A DNA stretch of 64,000 nucleotides from a bacterium (GTDB lineage: Bacteria > Bacillota > Clostridia > Lachnospirales > Lachnospiraceae): NCBI GenBank assembly GCA_963618065.1, contig CAVERH010000011.1, forward strand, positions 1,315 to 65,314. Direction: 5' to 3'. Shown here one piece after another: positions 56,475 to 64,000 of the stretch. Numbering within the stretch: position 1 is the stretch's first letter; each line of letters starts with the position of its first letter. The translations under genes and the position numbers were made by a program. The notes beneath the pieces were generated by a model, which made no database searches, was not told where the DNA came from, and saw only the letters and a list, made by a program, of their open reading frames with translations.

Positions 56475-57326
56475 ATGATCAAAATACTGTTGCTGCTTAT
56501 CGTAATCCTTGCCCTCTTTTTTAGCATGGTTATGGTGATTGACTGTAACCGGTTCGTCATACGGGAATACCACTGTGAAGACAAGAGGCTTAAAAAGCCT
56601 CTTAAAATTGTGCAGTTATCGGATCTTCATAACAAGTCCTTCGGAAAAGATAACAGCCGTCTCATCCGTGCTATCCGGGAACAGAATCCGGATCTCATTA
56701 TTGTGTCCGGTGATATGTATACTTCCCTTCTTGGAAAGGAAACGGTAACTGCGCAGAAGCTGATGGAAGAGCTTGCAAAGAGCTGTTCCGTTTATTATGC
56801 CAATGGCAATCATGAGCAGAAAACGAAGGAAGAAACGGAAGAGTTCGGAAGTTTGTATGAGGATTACCGGAAAAGGCTGTCCGGAATGGGGATACATTTT
56901 CTGTCGAATGAGCATGTTTATCTGAGGGATTATAATATCAGTCTGTATGGTCTTGAAATTCACAGACGTTATTACCGGAAGTTCCGTAAGCAGATTCTTG
57001 GAGCAGATCGGGTACAGGAGTATCTGGGAGTGCCGGATCCGGGCTCCTTTCATATGCTGATTGCCCATAATCCGGATTTCTTTGAGGACTATGCGGCATG
57101 GGGAGCGGATCTGGTATTTGCGGGGCATGTGCACGGTGGATTGATGCGGCTTCCCGTTCTTGGAGGTGTGATTGCCCCTTCCATGAAGCTGTTTCCGAAA
57201 TATGACGGAGGTGAGTTCAGGGAGGGTGCGGCAACCATGATTTTAAGCCGTGGTCTTGGAACGCATACGCTTCCGATCCGGATTTTCAACCCTGGTGAGC
57301 TGGTGGTTGTGAAGTTGACGCCTTAA
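56475..57326 (+). CDS. Membrane-anchored metallophosphoesterase (YkuE-like)
   Basis: N-terminal TM segment, then the motifs LSDLH, SGDMY, GNHE and AGHVHGG. Confidence 0.85.
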   Translation: MIKILLLLIVILALFFSMVMVIDCNRFVIREYHCEDKRLKKPLKIVQLSDLHNKSFGKDNSRLIRAIREQNPDLIIVSGDMYTSLLGKETVTAQKLMEELAKSCSVYYANGNHEQKTKEETEEFGSLYEDYRKRLSGMGIHFLSNEHVYLRDYNISLYGLEIHRRYYRKFRKQILGADRVQEYLGVPDPGSFHMLIAHNPDFFEDYAAWGADLVFAGHVHGGLMRLPVLGGVIAPSMKLFPKYDGGEFREGAATMILSRGLGTHTLPIRIFNPGELVVVKLTP

Positions 57327-57388
57327 AAGATAAATGTTACACTAATAAAGCTGTGAATTTTTTAATGATAAGATCTGGTAAGAGGTAC

Positions 57389-58036
57389 ATGATGGAGAAG
57401 CTGAATACAAAATTATTTGATCATACGATATTAAAGGCGGATGCCACAAAGGAAGCGGTTCTTAGGGTCTGCCGGGAAGCAAAAGAATACGGTTTTATGT
57501 CCGTGTGTGTGAACGGCTTTTATACGGCGCTGGTGAAGAAGGAACTGGAGGGGACGGATGTAAAGGTCTGTACCGTAGTCGGATTTCCTCTCGGACAGAT
57601 GAGTACGAAAGCGAAGGCCATGGAGGCTGCGATTGCAGTCGAAGATGGCGCAGACGAAATTGACATGGTCATCAATGTGGGTGCATTAAAGGACGGCGAT
57701 GTGCAAACAGTTTATCAGGATATTCTGGCAGTCCGTAAGGCGTGTGAAAAGCAGACGCTGAAGGTCATTATTGAAACCTGTCTCTTGACGGATGATGAGA
57801 AGCGTACAGTGTGTCAGCTCGCTGAAAAGGCAGGGGCAGACTTCGTGAAGACCTCGACCGGATTTTCCACAGGCGGGGCAACGGCAGAGGATGTCACCCT
57901 TATGCGAAGTGAAGTCGGGACACGTTTAGGGGTAAAGGCATCCGGCGGAATCCGGGATAAGGAAACCGCACAGAGAATGATTGATGCCGGAGCAAGCCGC
58001 CTTGGAACGAGTGCAACGATTGCAATCTGCAGCTAA
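57389..58036 (+). CDS. deoC: Deoxyribose-phosphate aldolase
   Basis: [28 protein letters not shown] and the Schiff-base region [10 protein letters not shown]. The start is at ATG 57389 after AAGAGG. Confidence 0.9.
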   Translation: MMEKLNTKLFDHTILKADATKEAVLRVCREAKEYGFMSVCVNGFYTALVKKELEGTDVKVCTVVGFPLGQMSTKAKAMEAAIAVEDGADEIDMVINVGALKDGDVQTVYQDILAVRKACEKQTLKVIIETCLLTDDEKRTVCQLAEKAGADFVKTSTGFSTGGATAEDVTLMRSEVGTRLGVKASGGIRDKETAQRMIDAGASRLGTSATIAICS

Positions 58037-58048
58037 AGGAGCATTGAT

Positions 58049-58795
58049 ATGGCAATATCGGTAAAGCTGGAGGCATTTGAAGGCCCCTTAGATCTACTGT
58101 TACATCTGATTGAAAAGAATAAAGTCGATATTTATGATATCCCTATTGTGATGATTACGGAGCAGTATCTGGATTACATAAAGGCCATGGAAACGGAAGA
58201 CATGAATGTGATGAGTGAATTCCTTGTCATGGCTGCAACGCTTCTTGATATTAAATGCAGGATGCTTCTTCCGAAGGAAGTCAACGAAGAGGGAGAAGAA
58301 GAGGATCCGAGAGCAGAGCTTGTACAGAAGCTGCTGGAATATAAGATGTACAAGTATATGGCTTATGAATTGAAGGATCGTCAGGTGGATGCGGCGAAGA
58401 CCTGGTTTAAGGACAAGACCCTGCCTAAGGAGATCGAGGATTACCGTCCTCCGATTGATATGCAGGAGCTTCTGGGAGATACCAATTTAGGAAAGCTGCA
58501 GGAGCTTTTCCATATGGTGATGCGCCGGCAGGAGGACAAGATTGACCCGGTGCGAAGCACCTTTGGCAAGATCGAAAAGGATGAAATCGACATGGATGGA
58601 AAGACCGCTTATGTGGAGGAGTATCTCCTGACACATAAGAAGTTCAGCTTCATGGATCTGATGGAAAAGCAGCGCAGTAAGATGGAGATTATCGTCACCT
58701 TTATGGTGATTCTCGAGCTTATGAAGATGGGCAGAATCACGATTGTGCAGGAAAATATCTTTGATGATATCTGGATCACATCAAAGGCAGGGTAG
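58049..58795 (+). CDS. scpA: Segregation and condensation protein A
   Basis: FEGPLDLLLHLIEKNKVDIYDIPI at the N-terminus. Confidence 0.9.
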   Translation: MAISVKLEAFEGPLDLLLHLIEKNKVDIYDIPIVMITEQYLDYIKAMETEDMNVMSEFLVMAATLLDIKCRMLLPKEVNEEGEEEDPRAELVQKLLEYKMYKYMAYELKDRQVDAAKTWFKDKTLPKEIEDYRPPIDMQELLGDTNLGKLQELFHMVMRRQEDKIDPVRSTFGKIEKDEIDMDGKTAYVEEYLLTHKKFSFMDLMEKQRSKMEIIVTFMVILELMKMGRITIVQENIFDDIWITSKAG

Positions 58796-58812
58796 AGAAA
58801 GAGAGTTTTAAG

Positions 58813-59388
58813 ATGGATAAGAAGGAACAGAAAGCCGTACTAGAGGCTGTTTTATTTACCATGGGAGAAGCTGTAGAGGTGGAACGGCTTGCAGCGGTAC
58901 TGGAAATTGGCAAGAAGGAAACGAAAGAGCTTTTACTGGAAATGAAAGCAGACTATGACAAGAAGAACCGGGGAATCACCCTGATGGAGCTAGAGGATTC
59001 CTTCCAGATGTGTACGAAGTCTGAAATGTACGAGTATCTGATTAAGATTGCGAAGACACCGCGTAAGTATGTACTGACCGATACGCTTTTAGAGACATTA
59101 TCCATCATTGCCTATAAGCAGCCGATTACCAGAGCGGAGATCGAACGTGTCCGAGGGGTAAGCTGTGACCATGCCGTGAACCGTCTTCTGGAATTTGGAC
59201 TGATTGCCGAGGTAGGACGTATGGATGCACCCGGTAAGCCGCTTCTGTTCGGTACGACCGAAGAGTTTTTAAGAAGCTTTGGCGTGAAGTCCTTAGAGGA
59301 ACTGCCGGAATTATCCGCTGTTCAGATCGAGGAATTCAAACAGCAGGCAGAAGCCGAGGTAGACAGTGATGTTCAGGTGGATGTATAA
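58813..59388 (+). CDS. scpB: Segregation and condensation protein B
   Basis: EAVLFTMGE and LSIIAYKQPITRAEIERVRGV winged-helix blocks. It follows scpA. Confidence 0.9.
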   Translation: MDKKEQKAVLEAVLFTMGEAVEVERLAAVLEIGKKETKELLLEMKADYDKKNRGITLMELEDSFQMCTKSEMYEYLIKIAKTPRKYVLTDTLLETLSIIAYKQPITRAEIERVRGVSCDHAVNRLLEFGLIAEVGRMDAPGKPLLFGTTEEFLRSFGVKSLEELPELSAVQIEEFKQQAEAEVDSDVQVDV

Positions 59389-60740
59389 AGCAGGAAATGC
59401 CGGATACTCTGCCGGATGCAGTAAGGAAACGTAATGGCATCGACCGAATCCGGAACGTGGATGCTTTCCTTATAGTAAAGAGTATCGTCTAGGCAATAGC
59501 GGATTTCACCGATCTGCTGACCGCTCTGTACGGGTGCGGTTAAGGTCTTTTCATATTCATATTGTACCTGAAAATGTTCTCCTTGTTTAAGGAGAATTTT
59601 TTTATTTACGAAGGTCTCATTCCGTTCAATATAAGGTATTTCGGAAAGCGTGGCATTCCAGGTATCTGCAGCTCCGTCATAGACCGGAACCGGAGCAAGG
59701 TCCGAGGAAGAAAGCAGGGCTTCCTGCAAGGTGTGTGTCGTATAATGTTCAAGGCCGTAGCTCATCAGCTTTTTGGTGTCTGACCATTTATAGGATTTGT
59801 TATTCGGCCAGCCACAGGCCAGCAGGGCAACGACAAAGGTACGGTCCTCCTGACGCAGGGAGCCGACATAGCAGTAGCCGGCGTTAGCGGTAAAGCCGGT
59901 TTTGCCGGAGAGCGCACCCTCCATCATGGATAAAAAGGCATTGTGATTATTGCAGGTAAAGGAACGCCCGTCCGAAACATAATTCTCCCCGGACTTCTGG
60001 AAGCCGGTAAAGGAATGCGAGGCGGTGCGGGTGATTGTAAGGAATTCTTCTTTCTTTGGAGAGGATGTGATGCAGTAGGACATGATCCGGGCAAGATCTG
60101 CGGCCGTTGTGGAATGAATATGGGTCTGGCCGTCTGTAGAGGTAGAGACGGCATCCAAGCCGTTCGGTGTGATAAAGAAGGTGTTCTCACAGCCGATTTC
60201 CTTTGCCTTCCGGTTCATCATATCTGCAAATTCCCCGGTGCTTCCGGCAATGTGCTCGGCAATGACAACTGCAGAATCGTTATGGGATTCCAGCATCAGG
60301 GAATAAAGCAGATCCTTAAGGCGGAAGCATTCCCTGGAGCGGACGCCGAGATGGACCTTTGGCATGCTCGATGCGTAAGAGGAGGCTTCGGCGTAATCGT
60401 CAAGATCTCCGTTTTCCAGTGCGAGAATGCAGGTCATGATTTTGGTGGTGCTTGCCATCGGAAGAATTTCAGATCCGTTCTTTTCATATAAAATACGTCC
60501 GGATTCCGCATCCATTAAGACGGCGGATTTTGCATAGAGCGTAAGGGAAGGCTGCGCAGAGGAATCCACAACAGCGGATGGTGCACTGAACACAGAAAGC
60601 GTCTGTGACAGATCCGGGGACGTGGAATGGTTCAGAACATCTGCGGTTGTATTTCGTGTATGTATTCCGGGAAGACTACAGAGAATAAGGAATAACAGGG
60701 AGAAGAGAATGTATAAAAAGTATCGTTTCTGACGGAACAT
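59373..60740 (-). CDS. D-alanyl-D-alanine carboxypeptidase family serine hydrolase (S11)
   Basis: A signal/anchor segment is present, with SxxK (MASTTKIM), SHND (ESHNDSA) and KTG (GKTGFT) motifs. Its 3' end overlaps scpB convergently by 16 nt. Confidence 0.85.
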   Translation of the reverse strand: MFRQKRYFLYILFSLLFLILCSLPGIHTRNTTADVLNHSTSPDLSQTLSVFSAPSAVVDSSAQPSLTLYAKSAVLMDAESGRILYEKNGSEILPMASTTKIMTCILALENGDLDDYAEASSYASSMPKVHLGVRSRECFRLKDLLYSLMLESHNDSAVVIAEHIAGSTGEFADMMNRKAKEIGCENTFFITPNGLDAVSTSTDGQTHIHSTTAADLARIMSYCITSSPKKEEFLTITRTASHSFTGFQKSGENYVSDGRSFTCNNHNAFLSMMEGALSGKTGFTANAGYCYVGSLRQEDRTFVVALLACGWPNNKSYKWSDTKKLMSYGLEHYTTHTLQEALLSSSDLAPVPVYDGAADTWNATLSEIPYIERNETFVNKKILLKQGEHFQVQYEYEKTLTAPVQSGQQIGEIRYCLDDTLYYKESIHVPDSVDAITFPYCIRQSIRHFLLYTST

Positions 60741-60966
60741 AGGGGATCCTTTTCAAAAAGACTCATCTTATATGTATGCAGGAAAAAGGAAAGATATGTG
60801 AGAGGGCGCACGGGTAAAATTTTTGTAAAAAATTTGCGGAAAAAGCAAATTTGTCCTATGCGATTTAAAAACTTTGTGTTATACTACCATAGATGATTTA
60901 TGGGGGTGCAATGCGCCCTTTAATGCGTTATCATTTATTTAATATAAAAATGGAGGGCTGAAGAAT

Positions 60967-62394
60967 ATGAGTACTACTTCACAAGCGAGTCAAAGAATTG
61001 CTTCTTTACTCGATGACAACAGTTTCGTTGAAATTGGCGCCATGGTTACAGCCAGAAGCACCGACTTTAATCTGAAACAGACTGAGACTCCTTCTGACGG
61101 TGTCATCACCGGTTATGGAGTAATTGGTGGTAATCTTGTATATGTATACAGCCAGGATGCTTCCGTATTAAACGGCAGCGTTGGTGAAATGCATGCAAAG
61201 AAAATTGCCAATCTTTATGACCTTGCACTGAAGACAGGAGCACCTGTAATTGGCCTCATTGAATCCGCAGGTTTAAGATTACAGGAAGCAACTGATGCAT
61301 TAAACGGTTTCGGTGAAATCTACAAAAAGCAGGTATTAAGTTCAGGCGTGATTCCTCAGATTACCGCTATTTTCGGTAGCTGTGGCGGCGGTCTTGCTTT
61401 AATCCCGACCTTAACAGACTTTACCTTCATGGAAGAGAGCAAGGCAAAATTATTTGTAAACGCTCCCAATGCATTAGACGGAAACGTGGTTACCAAGTGT
61501 GACACCGCATCTGCTGCATTCCAGAGTGAAGAAGCAGGCAATGTAGACGTTGTTGCTGACGAAGCAACCGTACTTGCCAAGATCAGAGAGCTTGTAAGCA
61601 TGCTTCCTGCAAACAACGATGACGATGCATTCTTTGAGGATTGCACCGATGATCTGAACAGAGCATGTGAGAATATGGAAGGCGCTGTAGCAGATCCTGC
61701 CATCGCTCTTTCCCAGATTTCCGATAACGGACAGGTATTCGAAGTAAAGAGTGCTTATGCGAAGGAAATGGTTACTGCCCTGATTAAGTTAGATGGCGTT
61801 ACCGTTGGTGCTGTGGCAAACCGTACCGCATTATATGATGAGAACGGCGAAGCAGAGAAGTTTGATGCAGTTCTTACTCCTGCAGGATGTGAGAAGGCTG
61901 CTGATTTCGTGAACTTCTGTGATGCTTTCGGAATTCCGGTATTATCCCTTACCAATGTAAAGGGTTACAAGGCTGACAAGTGCGCAGAGAAGAAGATCGC
62001 CAAAGCAGCAGCAAAGCTTACCTACGCATTTGCAAACGCAACCGTACCGAAGGTAAACGTGATTGTTGGCGAAGCTTTCGGAAGCGCATATGTTGCAATG
62101 AATTCCAAGGCAATCGGTGCAGATATCACCATGGCATATCCGGACGCTAAGATCGGTTCCATGGATGCAAAGCTTGCAGCTAAGATCATCTGTGATGGTC
62201 AGGGTGCAGATGCGATTGATGCCTGTGCAAAGGAATATGCTGAATTGCAGAACAATGTTGCAAGCGCAGCAAAGAGAGGATATGTTGATCAGATCATTGC
62301 ACCTGTCGATACCAGAAAGTATGTCATCGGTGCATTTGAGATGCTTCTTACAAAGAGCGAAGACAGACCGGCAAAGAAGCACGGCACAGTATAG
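60967..62394 (+). CDS. Acyl-CoA carboxyltransferase subunit of a Na+-translocating decarboxylase (methylmalonyl-/glutaconyl-CoA decarboxylase alpha-like)
   Basis: The carboxyl-transferase fold pattern is visible (GSCGGGLALIP, two crotonase-like halves). The gene heads an operon with OadG-, BCCP- and OadB-like genes. The substrate is not assignable from sequence alone. Confidence 0.8.
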   Translation: MSTTSQASQRIASLLDDNSFVEIGAMVTARSTDFNLKQTETPSDGVITGYGVIGGNLVYVYSQDASVLNGSVGEMHAKKIANLYDLALKTGAPVIGLIESAGLRLQEATDALNGFGEIYKKQVLSSGVIPQITAIFGSCGGGLALIPTLTDFTFMEESKAKLFVNAPNALDGNVVTKCDTASAAFQSEEAGNVDVVADEATVLAKIRELVSMLPANNDDDAFFEDCTDDLNRACENMEGAVADPAIALSQISDNGQVFEVKSAYAKEMVTALIKLDGVTVGAVANRTALYDENGEAEKFDAVLTPAGCEKAADFVNFCDAFGIPVLSLTNVKGYKADKCAEKKIAKAAAKLTYAFANATVPKVNVIVGEAFGSAYVAMNSKAIGADITMAYPDAKIGSMDAKLAAKIICDGQGADAIDACAKEYAELQNNVASAAKRGYVDQIIAPVDTRKYVIGAFEMLLTKSEDRPAKKHGTV

Positions 62395-62410
62395 AAAGGA
62401 ATTGCTTAAT

Positions 62411-63136
62411 ATGAAAAAACATTTATTAGTATTAGGTATGATCATCTGTATGCTTGGTCTGACTGCATGTGGAAGCTCCAAAGCAGACGATACCAGTTAC
62501 CTTTCTGATGAAGATGCATTGTCCTGCGCAGAGTATTATCTGGACGGACTCAGCCAGATGACCAGTGACCAGCTGGAGGAAGCAGAAAAGCAGGGCTACG
62601 ATGTTTCTGTATTTCAGACTGCGTTTTCCAGCTATGAAAGCAGTATGGAAGAAATCGGTGTGGTAACCGGCATGGGAGAGCTGCAGCAGAACACCATGGA
62701 TCCAGATATGGTAGAGGGCACGATCCTTGCAGAAATCAAGGGTACAGATCACGATGGAACAATCGAGGTTGTATATGAGAAGAGTGCACTTTCCAGTCTT
62801 ACCGTTAACACCACCTATACCTTTGCAGAAGGTATGGAAAAGGCTGCACTGAATACCCTTCTCGGTATGGGAACCGTATTCGTTGTTTTGATTTTGATCA
62901 GCTTTATTATCAGCTGCTTCAACCTTATTCCAAAGATTCAGGCAGCGTTTTCCAAGAAGCCGAAGCAGGAAGAGATCAAAACTGCAGCAGTCGATCATAC
63001 CATTGCGCAGATTATTGAAAAAGAAGAACAGGCAGATGATACAGAGCTTGTTGCAGTTATTGCAGCAGCCATTGCAGCCAGTCAGGGAGCTTCTTCTACA
63101 GACGGCTTTGTAGTAAGAAGTATCAGAAGACGTTAA
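62411..63136 (+). CDS. OadG-family decarboxylase gamma subunit with an N-terminal lipoprotein-type extension
   Basis: Internal ATG 62411 follows AAAGGA. The lipobox is LGLTACGS. It is followed by a soluble segment of about 150 aa, an OadG-like TM (LLGMGTVFVVLILISFII) and a tail (AVIAAAIAA...FVVRSIRRR). Confidence 0.7.
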   Translation: MKKHLLVLGMIICMLGLTACGSSKADDTSYLSDEDALSCAEYYLDGLSQMTSDQLEEAEKQGYDVSVFQTAFSSYESSMEEIGVVTGMGELQQNTMDPDMVEGTILAEIKGTDHDGTIEVVYEKSALSSLTVNTTYTFAEGMEKAALNTLLGMGTVFVVLILISFIISCFNLIPKIQAAFSKKPKQEEIKTAAVDHTIAQIIEKEEQADDTELVAVIAAAIAASQGASSTDGFVVRSIRRR

Positions 63137-63171
63137 TTAACATTAAGGACTATATTTAGGAGGATTTCATA

Positions 63172-63552
63172 ATGAAGAACTATACAATTACCGTTAACGG
63201 CAACGTATATGATGTAGTAGTAGAAGAAGGCGCATCCACAGGAGCACCGGTAGCGGCACCCGCAGCACCGAAGGCGGCTCCCAAGGCAGCTCCTGCTGCA
63301 GCACCCGCAGCACCGAAGGCAGCAAGCACTGGTGCAGGCTCTATTAAGGTAGAAGCCGGTGCAGCCGGTAAGGTATTCAAGATTGAAGCTTCTGTCGGAC
63401 AGGCAGTTAAGAGAGGCGAACCAGTAGTAGTTGTTGAAGCTATGAAGATGGAGATCCCTGTTGTGGCTCCGGAAGATGGTGTCGTAGCAAGCATTGATGT
63501 AGCAGTTGGTGATGCTGTAGAAGCAGGCGCAACACTTGCAACATTAAACTAA
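63172..63552 (+). CDS. Biotin carboxyl carrier protein subunit
   Basis: An Ala/Pro-rich linker precedes the biotinylation motif EAMKME. Confidence 0.88.
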   Translation: MKNYTITVNGNVYDVVVEEGASTGAPVAAPAAPKAAPKAAPAAAPAAPKAASTGAGSIKVEAGAAGKVFKIEASVGQAVKRGEPVVVVEAMKMEIPVVAPEDGVVASIDVAVGDAVEAGATLATLN

Positions 63553-63592
63553 CGAAAGCTTGTAACTACGAAACCAACAGGAGGTAAAAGAA

Positions 63593-64000
63593 ATGGATTA
63601 TATTGTAACAACACTGGACAACCTGATTCATCAGACCGCGTTCTTTAATCTGACCTGGGGCAATTATCTGATGATTGTTGTAGCATGTGTGTTCCTTTAT
63701 CTTGCAATTGCTAAGGATTTCGAACCGTTACTTCTTTTGCCAATTGCATTTGGTATGCTGCTTGTTAATATCTATCCGGATATTATGCTGCATATCGAGG
63801 ATTCGCCGAATGGAACCGGTGGTCTTTTGTATTATTTTTATCTCTTAGATGAATGGGCAATCATGCCTTCCCTGATTTTTATGGGAGTAGGTGCGATGAC
63901 CGACTTTGGTCCACTGATTGCTAATCCTAAGAGCTTCTTGCTTGGTGCTGCAGCACAGTTTGGTATTTTTGCAGCATACTTTGGAGCAATTGCCATGGGC
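63593..64000 (+). CDS. Na+-translocating decarboxylase beta subunit (OadB/GcdB/MmdB family), 3' end cut by the window
   Basis: My translation from ATG 63593 is MDYIVTTLDNLIHQTAFFNLTWGNYLMIVVACVFLYLAIAKDFEPLLLLPIAFGMLLVN...GVGAMTDFGPLIANPK. It stays open to nt 64000. RBS GGAGG. Confidence 0.85.
   Translation, partial: MDYIVTTLDNLIHQTAFFNLTWGNYLMIVVACVFLYLAIAKDFEPLLLLPIAFGMLLVNIYPDIMLHIEDSPNGTGGLLYYFYLLDEWAIMPSLIFMGVGAMTDFGPLIANPKSFLLGAAAQFGIFAAYFGAIAMG

Noticed and set aside
59373-59388. 16-nt convergent overlap of scpB and the S11 carboxypeptidase gene with no terminator
   Set aside because: Short convergent overlaps are common in compact Firmicute genomes, and there is nothing further to interpret.
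62117-62410. N-terminal 98 codons of track ORF 62117..63136
   Set aside because: They overlap the 3' end of the carboxyltransferase gene in another frame. A proper RBS and lipoprotein signal begin at ATG 62411. The same logic was used to trim ORFs starting at 5003, 7595, 10084, 25239, 31670, 41115, 51272, 54385 and 57353.
61942-62998. Two - strand ORFs (179 and 188 aa) in the decarboxylase operon
   Set aside because: They are antisense to the carboxyltransferase and OadG-like genes and have Cys/Leu-rich shadow-frame composition.
1-64000. Search for CRISPR arrays, rRNA/tRNA genes, IS transposases, prophage or defence-system genes
   Set aside because: I found no spaced direct-repeat arrays, no cloverleaf candidates, and no transposase, integrase (other than xerD), nuclease or helicase/methylase clusters in any frame of the ORF track.

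Overview
This is a 64-kb chromosomal segment from a moderate-GC, spore-forming Firmicute. Gene content and order look Clostridia/Lachnospiraceae-like (spoIIM-xerD, era-yqzL-recO, glyQS, alaS, rpsU, scpA-scpB, glycyl-radical activase, Na+-pumping biotin decarboxylase). All family calls come from reading the supplied translations and from memory; no search was run. I call about 55 protein genes, mostly housekeeping: aminotransferase, NUDIX, DAHP synthase, hisS, azlCD, and metF plus a split metH. The remaining housekeeping genes include UDP-sugar enzymes, an M16 peptidase, two S11 carboxypeptidases and deoC. There are two carbohydrate loci. The first is an AT-rich islet (about 12.6-20.2 kb) with AraC, a domain-permuted GH3, a ROK kinase, a broken chimeric gene and a glycyl-radical activase. 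The second is a GH13 gene plus a YesN/YesM-type two-component system with its own binding protein and a CUT1-type ABC importer. I found no rRNA, tRNA, CRISPR array, transposase or phage genes. Five items seem most worth a second look. (1) A roughly 145-245 nt structured repeat occurs twice (40843-41087 and 55058-55201), with 16-nt inverted termini, conserved internal hairpins, compensatory substitutions between copies and a 7-bp flanking duplication at one copy; it could be a MITE or an ncRNA. (2) An in-frame chimera fuses a non-GRE N-terminus to only the C-terminal glycyl-radical part of a glycyl radical enzyme, carries one in-frame TAG, and sits directly upstream of an intact activase. (3) A 1415-aa fused double-activase/dehydratase-like protein is translationally coupled to a DUF4317-like protein. 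(4) A sigma-70 look-alike retains regions 1.1-2.2 but lacks all DNA-binding regions; it is coupled to an unknown ORF and sits next to a rhomboid-like membrane protein with a double zinc finger. (5) An unassigned structured leader precedes metF. The rest of the window is ordinary core genome.
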